Program-made: the position numbers and the translations under genes
Notes under the pieces: model-generated
Database searches by the model: none
Told to the model about the DNA's origin: nothing
The model's input: the letters and a program-made list of their open reading frames with translations, nothing else
Shown: positions 13,695 through 26,800 of the stretch, in pieces
Layout: every line of letters starts with the position of its first letter
Position numbering within the stretch: position 1 is the first letter of the stretch
Assembly (NCBI RefSeq): GCF_002113885.1
Contig: NW_018403450.1
Coordinates: forward strand, 1,347,405 to 1,411,404
Origin: Mizuhopecten yessoensis
Lineage: Eukaryota
Direction of reading: 5' to 3'
Length of the DNA stretch: 64,000 bases

Positions 13695-14808
13695 GTATGT
13701 ACTACTAATCTTGTACCGTTACTTACACATTATCATAGGGACGATATTATCTCTTTTTAGGTTTATGTTTTAACTCTAGTGTTAGATATCTAACACTAAA
13801 ACAGCATTTGTAGACTGTCTATATTGGACTCCACTGAATGCTATATACCATTGACTATATGTAATTGGGAAATGAGTGACTGGATTTTTTATCAAATTGG
13901 TTTTACTAATGCTAGTTACATATATATATTTATTTTTTTAAGAGAAAAAAAATAGTTTGAGCAATTTGTTACAAAATGAAGACATCGCTAGCGCGAGGAG
14001 GATTAGCATGATAAAGAACAGTTAGACAGTTAGGAGCTTGGAACATCTTTCTTCCACATTTGTGTATGATATTGTCGTGTGACTGAGATCGTCAGGTTCA
14101 GGCTGCGTCAGAATTTGTTTAAGTTGGCAAAATATTTTTTTTTACTTTGTTAGAACCGTGAGACTTTATTAAAGCATTAAACTTGAAAGTTATTGAACTG
14201 ATTTATTGTACTATATGAATTTGGCGTTTTTTATTTTGATCAATTATGTTTGGTACTACATCACAAATGTTCGCAAATTCAATGCAGAAGAACAAAGTCG
14301 AAGGAGGCTCATATTCAAACGGTTACGATTAACATTTGAATCCATCAGAATATAGGAAAGTGTTAATCAATCACCATGTTATTGGTCTTATTATTATCGC
14401 GGTAATTAATGGATAGATCTGGAAGTTAACAAATAGTAGCCACTATGGTAAACATGTGTTTAAACATACGCATGTTTCTGTTCATGTAAATAATTTTGGT
14501 GGATATCTCAATTTCTCGACACACGTTATAAGCGATCGCCCTACTTTTGTGACAAAAGTATATTGTAATCTAAAAGACATACACAGGAATTGAGGATATC
14601 CTTACATGCAATGCTCTGTGTAGAGCTGTTTTTTTCTAAACTATTTGTACCGGTATTCTTTTGATAATCAAGTCCAAAAAACCATATGTGGCTGATATTG
14701 CATGTGTTATTATGATGTTAGAGCTTAGTTACACATAAGACATGTGAGTTACAATGTACGTGATGAATTATCATGACACTTTGTCTTTGTTTTCACAGAT
14801 AGATCAGC

Positions 14809-17277
14809 ATGTTTGCCCTTGCTATCCTTGCCTCCCTTGCTTCCGTAACCCTAGCCAACTTTTATGGTAAGTTTATTTAAAATAGTGCATTATCGTATTC
14901 AAATCAGTCAATCGCAGTCAACAACGATACCTAGATCTTTTGAAAGCGAATGAACCCATTGTGATTTTATTTTATCAAAATACTGCGCTGGATTGATTGA
15001 TATTATTTCAATGAACATTTTATAATGATATTTTCTACAAATAAATATCTCTGTTAGCTTTGCTTGACAATATGTTGCGATATACCTAGCAAACCCTTAT
15101 ACATTGAAATTTAAAATTTTATGATATCATGTCTTATTTTAGGCCATTATCCGATGGGGGGCTTCGTCGGTCATAGAATGCATCACGGATATCCCAAAGG
15201 CGGATTTAAGATTGGTGGCGGGTATGGTGGATACAGGAAGGGAGGATACCACAAGGTGATGCACCGTCCAGTGATCGGAGGGTACCCCAAGGGAGGCCAC
15301 ATGGTAGCTATACCAATCATCAAGGGAGGTTACAAAAAGGGGGGACACATCGGAGGATACCCAAAAGGAGGATTCATCGGAGGAAAGGGTGGTATTCTTG
15401 GTGGATACCCTAAGGGTGGAATCATCGGGGGAAAGGGTGGTATTCTTGGTGGATACCCTAAGGGAGGAATCATCGGAGGTCATGGCGGTATGATTGGTGG
15501 ATATCCTAATGGTGGAATCATCGGAGGTCATGGCGGTATGATTGGTGGATACCACAAGGGTGGAATCATTGGAGGTCATGGCGGTATGATTGGCGGATAC
15601 CCCAAGGGTGGAATCATCGGAGGACATGGCAGTATGAGTGGTGGATTTATCGGAGGCAATGTCGGTGGACACATTGGAGGACATATTGCCGGCGGAAGTA
15701 TTGGAGCTGGACATATCGGAGGCAGCTCTGTTGGAGGCGGTTTCAGAGCTACTATCGGTGATGACTTTGGAGTTGTGTCGTCTAATGGAGGAGGAGCGTT
15801 CGTTGGAGACGAGTTTGCAGGCATTTCTGGAAATGGATTCAACGCTATTGCCAGTGACGATTTTGAAGCCATTAACTCCAACGGCGGATCCGGAGCTCTT
15901 ATTGGTGATGATTTTGGAGTTACTTTTGGAGGTAACGGTGGAGCTATCGTAGGCGATGATACAGGCATTGCTTTCGGAGGAAACGGAGGTGCCATTATCA
16001 ACGACGATTTTGGAATTGCTTTTGGAGGAAATGGAGGCGCTATTGCTGATGATGACTTCGGAGTTTCGTTTGGAAATGGAATTGGAGTAGGAGGCGGAAA
16101 CGGAATCAATAATGGAGGCGGATTAGGAGGATTTGTCGGTAGAGCGAGTCACGGATTAGGATCTAATGTTGGACTATCCAGTGGTTTTGTAGGAGGACAC
16201 GGAGGAATCAGTAAGTATGATACCATGAAGATGATAATAGTATTAGCGTTTTTAATGTACAAACATACCATGGAATTACCATTGTAATTATTGCTGTATC
16301 CAGATATTGTTATTGTTATTTTGTACATTTACTTAAATATTGCAACTCCACAGTTTCTCCAAAATAACAATATTTACATCATACACTGTTCTAATAGCAT
16401 CTCTGTATGTTACTATACAAGAGGATCCGTCTCTATCGTTTTTACAATTGTTCCATTTGAAATTTCACAACTTATATAGGATTGATGGTTATGTTCCATT
16501 TTCATTTTGCAGTGCACAAAGGAGGATTTGGAGGCATTCAGAAGAGTGGCTTCATTGGAGGTAATTGTGTATTATGATTATATGTTTACCGTAAACAATA
16601 ATATTATTCATTCATTGTTCACTATTTATAACTTTTCATGTTTTCAGTATATAATCTTGGTCATATCATTATGTATTACTTGCCACTGACGGCATGAGAA
16701 AAGCTAGTAAATTTAATCATATGTACAATAACGAGCCTGCACCCATTATACCTAAATGTTTTATTAATGCCATCACCAAAGTATAATGTTATAAATGAGG
16801 ATTCGATGACTTTAATCAGCTTTGACACATTGTTCAAATTTAATTTCGAATCTAAAAGGACGCCAACAGATATTTTAATGTTTTTTGGTATTGTTGTTTT
16901 GCAGGACATGGAGGATTTGGAGGTTTTAAGAAAGGAAACCTAATCGGAGGTGATTGTTTATTTTAATTATACTTACCAGATGTAAAACATGCTATTGCTA
17001 GTTTAATGAAGTAATGTCCCGTAGCTGAAGCTCTTACATCTACAAAGTGTCGATTGATACACGTATGTGTTGTATACTTAGATATTAAGGTCTAAATGTA
17101 AGCGTCTTTCGTTTATTCCTACTCTCATTCATTTAGAGTTTGAATTGAGGCCTAGTTCACACTTCAATGACCCTGTGTATTTTCTTATTCTATTTGTTTT
17201 CCATGAATTATATTATAAACATTATGCTTAAAAATATTTTAACGTCATTTTGTTTTCCTTTTACAGGTGGATATTAA
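14809..17277 (+). CDS. Secreted Gly-rich basic/acidic block protein, copy A (409 aa)
   Basis: join(14809-14866,15143-16210,16513-16560,16905-16949,17267-17277). All introns are GT-AG and phase 1; 1230 nt. Signal peptide MFALAILASLASVTLA, 6 x GGYPKGGIIGG(K/H)GG(I/M)(L/I), 7 x DD-containing ~16-mers, ending GGY*. AATAAA 17629-17634. Confidence 0.9.
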
Positions 17278-17873
17278 TTCAAGCCAATCCAATTGCATTA
17301 GTCCCGTGCAAAGATGTAAAGGGGAGGGGGCCACGTATGATCACGTGATTATACAAACTTTGTCACATAAATACTGCGGTACCGGCGCCGCTTCTGACAA
17401 GTATTCATATATTTGTTCATGTTCCAGTTTCATGAACGGTTCTTATCTAGTGAGAATTCCTTGACCTTAGCTTTTACCATTGGGAAGTGTTGCTGAACTT
17501 TTAGGGAAAATCTGCAGTCAAGGAAACTTTTTTATTCTAAACAATGATTTACCACGGCAAATCTTAAGTTAATACGTTTCCTTTGGATAAGTAATATTCG
17601 TGAAACTGGGATTAGTTAAGTTATTTGAAATAAAATATTGTTGGTTATTTTATACATGTGTTCTCTGTTCTCTTCACGGTATGTTCAAATGTTTTGACTG
17701 ACAGTGACGATTAAGCATCCATTTAAATGGATACATCATATATGGTGATTTATTAAGACTGGTATCATTAATAATTTACACAACAAGTTATGACTACTAT
17801 ATCATAGTTAGTTGAATAACTTGATTTAAAAAACAGATATCGAGTCAAAGGATAAAAATATATAAAAAAAAAA

Positions 17874-19803
17874 CATGACCTAAACAACCAATGACTTAAC
17901 CAACACATGATTTAACCAACACATGACTCAACCAAGCACATGATTTAACCAACACATGACTAAACCAACATGTGACTCAAACAAAATGTGACTTAATTAA
18001 AACATGATTTAACCAACATATGACCTAACCCACTGATTACTTAACCAACACATTACTCAACCAACATGTGACTTTACCAACACATGACTCAACCAATATA
18101 TGACTTAACCAACACATAACTTAACCAATATATGACTTAACCAACTCATTACTCAACCAACAAATGACTCAACCAACATATTACTTAACCAACTCATGAC
18201 CTAACCCACATGATGCATAACAAACACATTACTTAACCAACATGTGACTTTACCAACACATGATTTAACCAACACATGACTCAACCAATATATGACTTAA
18301 CCAACACATAACTTAACAAATATATGACTTAACCAACTCATTACTCGACCAACAAATGACTCAACCAACATATGACTTAACCAACTCATGACCTAACCCA
18401 CATGATGCTTAACCAACACATTACTTAACCAACATGTGACTTAACCAACAATTGTCTTAACCAACATATGACTTTACCAGTACATGATTCAACCTGCATA
18501 TCACTTAACCAACATGTGATTTAACAAATTAACGTTTTAACCAACACATGACTTAACATACACATCACTTAACCAACATGCGACATAACAAATACATGAT
18601 TTAACCAACACATGACTCAAGCAACATGTGACTTTACCAGTACATGATTTAACCTATACATCACTTAACCAACATGTGACTTAAAAAACACATGATTTAA
18701 CCAAACACATGACTCAACCAACATGTGATTTTACCAGCACATGATTCAACCTACACATCACTTAACCAAAATGTTACTTAACATACACATCACCTAACCA
18801 ACACATGACTTAACCAACACGTGACTTAACATACACATCACTCAACCAACATGTGACTTAACAAATACATGATTTAACCAATACATGACCTAACCAACTT
18901 GTGACTTAACTAATACATGACTTAACCAACATGTGACTTAACCAACACATGACTTAACCAACTTATGACCTAACCAACATTTGACTCAACCAACACGTGA
19001 CTTAACCAACACATGACTTAACCAACACATGACTTAACCAACACATGACTCCGCCAACACATGACTTAACCAACATATGACATGGCCAACATATGACTTA
19101 ACCAACACATGACATAACCAACACATGACTTAACCAACGCATGATTTGACCAACACATGACTTAACCAACATGTGACTTAACCAACACATGACTTAACCA
19201 ATATATGACTTAACCAAAATATGACCTAACCAATATGTGACTTAACATACACATCACTTAACCAACATATGACTCAACCAACACATGACTCAACCAACAC
19301 ATGACTTAACCAACACATGACTTAACCAACATGTGACTTGACCAACACACGACTTATCCAAAACATGACTTAACCAACACATGACTTAACCAACATGTGA
19401 CTTGACTAACACATGACTTAACTAACATATGACCTAACCAATACATGACTCAACCAACACATGACTTAACCAACATGTAACTTTACCAACACATGATTTA
19501 ACCACCATGTGACTTAACATACACATGACTTAACCAACATGTGACTTAACCAACACATGACTTAACCAACATATGACTTAACCAACAGATGACTCAACCA
19601 ACATGTGACGTAACCAACACATGACTTCATCAACATGTGACTTGACCAACACATGATTTTACCAACACATGACTCAACCATAATGTGACTTAACCAACAC
19701 ATGACTTAACCAACACATAACTTAACCAGCATGTGACTTAACCAACACATGCCTTAACCAACATGTGACTTTACCAACACATGATTTAACCAACATGTGA
19801 CTT
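17874..19803. repeat. 16-bp satellite array downstream of copy A (~1.9 kb)
   Basis: Unit aaccaacacatgactt and variants. Confidence 0.95.
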
Positions 19804-20971
19804 AGTGATATGTATGTGTTGCTCTTGGATTATAACATGTGCAGATTGTCTTTTACAGTGGAAACGTGTATACCTAGGTAGAAGTAAACTTACCTTACCT
19901 AATTATTGATGCTCCATCAATTGAATACATACATATATGTATATAGATTATGAACACATAATCTACCAACATTATCTAGGTATCTCAAAATGTAAACACT
20001 GAATATTTGATATACATGTCAATTTATTTTTCCAAAAAATGTATCTTTTTATCATAACCTATACTGTAGAACGTGCATGCCTCATACTACTAGTATAGTT
20101 ATAATATTTACTACAGAACAAGTTGTGTTATCTAAATTGTAATTGTTATCATTCTTGGATTATACCATATGACAATAATATGCCTCTACAAAAGGAAAGA
20201 TATAGCTTATCTAATTAGTGATGTTCTACCAATTGATAATATGTATATATATACAGCCGATATTTTTTTTAATCCATGCGTTATGGAATACTAGATATGC
20301 AAGTTTGTGACAAAACATATTTACAGTATCTTGAAATATGCACCTGTAATACATGTGTACAATGTATATAGTACTCATCGTAAAGGGATATGCATATACA
20401 TGGCCGCACCATGTACAATGTAACCTTTCAATCAAACCCCTGCATTGTGTTTATTTATTGTATGAAGTCTATATATACTATAAAAAGAAGATGTTTTCTG
20501 TATCCATTTATTGCTGGGCCTTTCGAACCACGTGACTATGTAATCGTGCTAAAATGTATATACAAATGTACTTTACAAGTATGCTATTGATTGGTGTAAC
20601 TAACGATATAAACTTCAGTGAAATGGTCATTTGTATGACAATTAATAACAAAAGATAATGTCACATACAGATTTGCATTTCATGCCATAATTTCACATAC
20701 CTGAGTTACAAAATAATACAATCCCAAATACATATTTTACGATCAGCTGGTATCTTGGCCAAATGTAAAAAAAAACACGTGCATACTGTCTTACAAATTG
20801 CATGTTTGTGGTCTACCCCTTCCAATTAGCAGGTCAATATTCTGTATAATTGAATGTTATACTATTCTCAACATAAAAAGAATGACAAGAATTACTTGAG
20901 TCTTAACATTCTACAAGTAATTACTCATGATTATTGTATATGAAAATGTCAAATATAGGACTCTCATTATA

Positions 20972-21948
20972 CAGTTGTGGGATCGCATAACATTACACGA
21001 TGTGCGGTGCGCGCAGGATGTGTGCACGGTGTGTGAACGATGTGTGTACGAAGTGCGAACGATACAAAAATTGGACAATCATTCCTTGCGCACATTTGTA
21101 CGGACGATCGACGAACGTTGGGCGATAACAATCGTGGTTGGTGTAAATTAAGGAATGGCTTGACAATATATACGGTTTCGTGTTTGAACATAAAATTAGA
21201 TTTTTTAGTATGTTTCTATACTCTAGCTACATCTATAAGCTTATCATTCTATCTATACTTCTTAAATTTAGAAACGTTTTTTTGAGGGTTTTTTAAACGA
21301 CCTTAATCGACACGTGTAAATTAACAACACTGTCTCGGCTACACAGGTAATCATTGCCACTTTTTACCTGGACCCTAGTTTGCCCCGCCCGGGGCACTTA
21401 CGTAACTCGCCAAGGTGTGAAAACCAGATGAAGGCGAGCTATAGACCAAAAAGAATGCAAATAACAAATATTAAACGTCCAGTTGAGTTTTCATAACGGT
21501 CATACGGTGTCATATATCAGCTCTATGTGTCAAGTACAGGCCAGGTAAAACTCCGGTCACTCATCAAATTGTTATTTACCTGTTCTGTTACCGACGAACC
21601 AAACCCATTCTTGACAGTCTAACGGTCAGTGTATACTGTATTACACGCATTGTAAACTTGTACAAACTCTTAATTATAGCAGAGACGTATACGTCTCTGA
21701 TTATAGTGATGAGAAATTACAGTGATATATACAGTGTACATAATTGCATACGAGCATTCCGTATTTTTTCCATTCCGTAATTGATCAACAAATTGTACCA
21801 TATCGCACAGCTGTGCGGTGAGAAGCGCACAACGGGGCGAACGATTGTTAAATCGCACAGTTGTGCGCACCATGTGTGGACGATGTGCGGACGGTGTGTG
21901 AACGATGTATGCACGGTATTTTTTGTGCGTTGTGCGTTCCCACACCTG
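20972..21948. mobile_element. Non-autonomous Tc1/mariner-type element (TA TSD)
   Basis: TIRs cagttgtgggatcgcataac / gttgtgcgttcccacacctg, flanked by TA. The paralogous empty site cccattata-attgtattct lies at ~35592-35610. Confidence 0.85.
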
Positions 21949-22145
21949 TAATTATATTCTCAATCAAAATACTCTATGTCAGATATATCTCATGAAATTG
22001 CATATAAATAATGTTGATTGGAAAGGGCGTACACCATAATTGAAGGCAAACCAAATCTTGTTCACTACTATGTTTGTGACGTTAATATCTATATTTAGTC
22101 TTACCATGCTGTTTCTAATCATGTTGATCCCGTATTGCTTGTTAA

Positions 22146-23646
22146 AGGGACATCACGCGAAAAGGCGTTTTTTTTTAATGAATGTATGTATTGTATGCAC
22201 TTCCACTTATGTTACCACGCTATCCCCATATTCATAGTCCGTTCCAAATGTCCAGTTTGACCACTTGAATTGTTCGGGAAAGCCCTGCTAAAAATAGAGC
22301 CGATAACGTCACCTGACAAGGCAGTAAACACAAGTTGTGCGAGCGAGATGAAACGGTTTCCAAAGGGGCCCCCAGAGAGGGGCCGTCAGACAACTGTAAC
22401 TTCTTACCGCACTATGACACCAAGTTATATGATTTCTAAGTCCGTATTCAAACTTATTGAACAGTAATTATTCATCATAAGAAGTTAATTGCACACTTGC
22501 CAATATTCAGAATTTAAATTTATTTAGCTTTAACATAAATGTGTTGCCAATAAAATTAAACAAGGGATGGGGCACAAGTTTTTACAATTTATCACAGCCT
22601 TCTCCCGTCATACAATTACAATTAAATGTCAACAATGATAATAGGCATAAACATAAAGTAGATATATTTAAATATATATTGAATTTAGTACCGGAATGTG
22701 GCCGGTACAGATGGTGCGGGGCTAAACACCTTCCCTACACCAACGGACAAACCTTTCTGATTTTTTTTAATGTTTACGGGGCAGAGGAGGCCGGGTATTC
22801 ATATTAGTACTAATTTAAATCTTGCATGTAAAAACAAAAATAATCGTTTAATTCAGCAATATAATTAAATCATACCATTTTATTGAACCCGGTAATATTA
22901 TAAATTATGTAAATCCACGGACTTCGATAACACGTATCTCGGTGACCCAGAAAATACGCCGTGGGCCATCACAACAGTTATCCCTTGGAGGGCCTCATGG
23001 AAAAATCAAACTAACCAGTCACTTATCCCTTCCTTTCGCATAAACCACTGTATAATTATAGAAACACAAAGTAAACTCTCTCCAATACATGCCCATTAAC
23101 ATATTAAACTAAGTTCATCTGTGTTCAAACTCAGACAAGGATGCTAGCGAGCTTAATAGTTTTAGATATTTATTCATAACATAAACAGCGCTAGCATTTC
23201 TGTCGATTCCATTTCAGCTTAACCGGCTATCCGGAAGAATACATGCACCGTACTAACTGCTATGGCAGTTATTTTCTCCTTTGAATACTGCCCACCTGCA
23301 ATAATGATTCCGTATCGTACTCATTGTGCTATCTTTTGACCATTTGTCAACTTTTCGTTTCGTAGCTGACACGGTACAACACTTTTCTTTCGCTTACTTC
23401 ACACAGCCAGCCATTTTGTTTACAAAGAAATGATGTGCTATGCGCATGCGCTAGTAGAGGGAAATCCCTGAACAAAACGTTGGTCAGACAGGTAGAAATA
23501 CCGATGATTTTCTTAGATTTAATCATTTTTATGAATCTATTTCAGTCAAATCCGATCGTTATTTTCCATAAGGAGTCTCACTTGATATGTTTATGTAGTA
23601 TTTGAAAAAAAGACAAAAAATAAAGTTACTTCACCGTGATGCCCCT
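22146..23646. mobile_element. Non-autonomous Kolobok-like element (TTAA TSD)
   Basis: TTAA-agggacatcacg...cgtgatgcccct-TTAA. The empty site ttgcttgTTAAggtaatg lies at ~35770-35787. Confidence 0.85.
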
Positions 23647-23886
23647 TTAAGGTAATGAATCAGTTTAATGATGTTTATACCTTGCATACGGTCTTTTTAC
23701 TTATTTTCTGTTAAACTCTCCATTTAATGTACTGTTTTACTCTACGCTAAGTCCACTCAGTCCACAGTCGAATTCCAGAGATTGTCATTATGCCTATCGT
23801 AAGTTTGTTTACACCAGAAACCTACTGATGTGTCCGAATGTTTACCAATCGATTGTCTATGATAATGGATAGATATAAGAATATCG

Positions 23887-26800
23887 TTGTTACATTTATT
23901 TGGACACATCTATATTGTGAGGATTATTACTACATTGATCATCCGGGCATTTGTAGGTAAAATTACATACTCTAACTATTACTTTACATATTGTTTACAT
24001 TTTGATAAATCATATATTTTCAAACTTAAAAACATTGAATATCTTTTATGTACCATTAAAAGAATATTATTTCTTTGCAGTGGTATTAAAGTAAATCAAG
24101 GACCCCAATGTAACACAGAAATCTCACATCTTAATGTTAGATCCCTCAGAACCAAACTTGATATCATTGAAGCAGAATTACATGAAAGTGACATATTATG
24201 CCTTCCTGAAACACACCTTACAACAAATATAGCTGATGCTGAAATAACACTTAACTCCCATTCCCATAACATTCACAGACTTGATAGAAAAACTGGACCT
24301 GGGGAGGAGTAAATATTTATCACAAGGATACAGTACATACTGAAAGAAAAATTATTAGAATGTATTTATAGACCTGAATCAAATGTTGAATATTGGGATA
24401 AATTAGACCATGTTCTAGATAATGCATGTAACACATCACTTCACATCATAATAACTGGGGATATAAATGTAAATATGTTGAATATATACTAATCACCATT
24501 TAAATAGACTAATGGTAAAATATAACTTTACAAATCTAATGAATAAATCTACCAGCATAACACAAACTACTGCCACTAGTACTGCTATTGATATTTTATT
24601 CACTAATAATATCAATCTTATAAAACATAATACAGTGAATACACCAATATGCAGTGATCACTCTGTTATTAATTTTACCCGTTCATATTATGTGTTTAAG
24701 CAAAATTCCTACCAGAAAACTATATTAAACCATGACAATGCAGATTTTGATCAAATTAATAGATCTCCAAATGAAATAAATTGGGAAAAACTAATAAATA
24801 ATCTTGACTAGAATGAGTGTAATAAATTCCTAACAGATTCTATTAATTAGAGCATAGCTCTCGGGCGCCTAAGTGCCCGAGCGAAGCTCTTTAATGGTAA
24901 CACATGCGTGCGTAAACAGAGTTGCTTCCCCTTTCTACACCTTGCCTTTAATTTTTTTCGTCCGGAAGTAGACGTCCAGTGGGGAAACCGGAAGTGTATC
25001 ATTGAAGAAAAGACAATTATGTTTCAACCCATATATGAACATCTTCATATAGTGAAAACAATACCCATGTTTTATTACTTGTTTATTTAGATAAAAACCA
25101 ATATACATTCTGAGTGAAAAAAATCGATCACATATATTTTGAAACTAGCGTGACGTCACAACATGCGACACTCCATCGGCCTTCATCGGTTATTTCCGGA
25201 AGGATGAAACACAACCGGAAAATCTTGGAACTGATGGCCGTTGCATTTATCTCTCGGTGCTTCATGACTACCGGAAGATATCTTCAAAAAAGAGATCATT
25301 TAAAATATTACCAGCTTTTGATTTTAATTTGTTGAAAATATGAACGAAATAATTGACATTTTTGAAAGTCTGTATATAGTCTTTCCATTATTTATGCATC
25401 ACCACTCATAAAAGAAGCAATGGAAAATGCATTTATGACGAAATTAACAAAACTTTTCCAGACATCCAACCCAAGTGCAACGACTTTTTTCAGCAGCGTA
25501 TTACTTTTTCACAACGCGTGCCAATTTATACCTAGTTACAGACAGAAACTGTTATTTTATTTGGCATCATTACCTGTCAAACCTCGATGATAGTTACAAC
25601 ATTTGAAATTCAATCCGGTGTTTCAGGATGGAACAGTAATTGAGACTACATATCCATATCAAGACAATTTCAGTAACATCAAAGTATTACAATGTTTTCT
25701 GTATCAAATTGTCTTCCTGCTCTTTTTGAAAATAATAACTTATTAAATCATCCATTTGAAAAAGCAGAATGTCTAAATAACAACTTCAGCTCAATATCAA
25801 CTTCTTCTGAAAATCCTGAACCCCTTACCCCCCATGAAAATACTTTTCCCTTCCTTCTAGACAATACTATTATATCTGAAGAGGACATTAAAGATCAACC
25901 GTGTTTACTTAAAGATAAAAAAATATCCTGGCCCAGATGACATGATACCCAAGATAATAAAGAAATTAGCACCTTCTCTAATATGTCCTCTAACTTTACT
26001 TTGTAATAAGACTATTGAATCTGGTTTATACCTCTTTCTTGGAAAACAGCTAATACTCATGCAATATACATAGATAAGGGTGCTCAAAATGATGTATCTA
26101 ATCATAGGCTAATATCTATTACATCATGTTTTAGCAAAATTGTTGAAAAAGTTATTTTTAAATATGTGTTTAATTATATGAAAGAATGTGATATCATAAC
26201 GAAACACCAATCAGGCTTCTCACCAAGAGACTCGACTGTGAACCAGTTATTATCTATAATTGACACTACAAAATAATGAAATCACATTTGTATTTTGTGA
26301 TGTAAGTAAGGCGTTTGATAGAGTTTGGCATGAGGGTTTACTTTTTAAATTGGAAATGTATGGCATAAAAGGGAAAATATTACAATGGTTTGGTAATTAC
26401 CTTTCTGATAGAAAGCAGAGAGTATCAACAGAGGGGTTTTATTCAACTTTTAAGCATGTCAAAATCGGTGTACCCCAAGGCTCGGTCATTGGTCCATTTC
26501 TTTTCTTAATTTATATTAATGATATAACAGAATGTTTAACAAGTAAAATAAAACTTTTTGCAGATGATACTTCTCTCTATGAAGTAATAGACAACAATCA
26601 AAATTAAATTGCTGTGAAATTAACTGATGATCTAGGTTATATTAATGCATGGGCAAAAAATGGGATATCAAATTTAATTCACTAAAAACTGAATCTGAAA
26701 TCTTCTCGAGGAAACGGGAACAAAATCATCCAGATATCTTATTTGGTAATGAAACTGTAATTAATAGACCAACTCATAAGCATTTTGGTTAAACTTTTAG

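Noticed and set aside
15121-16287. Single-exon reading of the ORF-track proteins (MISCLILG...MELPL, and the equivalents in B, C and gene 1)
   Set aside because: The ORF ends are intronic read-through. Canonical acceptor and donor sites bound the exon, and a true signal exon lies upstream.
14809-17277. Naming the proteins shematrin or abductin
   Set aside because: They lack the shematrin RKKKY-type C-terminus and the abductin FGGMG repeats. The similarity is compositional only.
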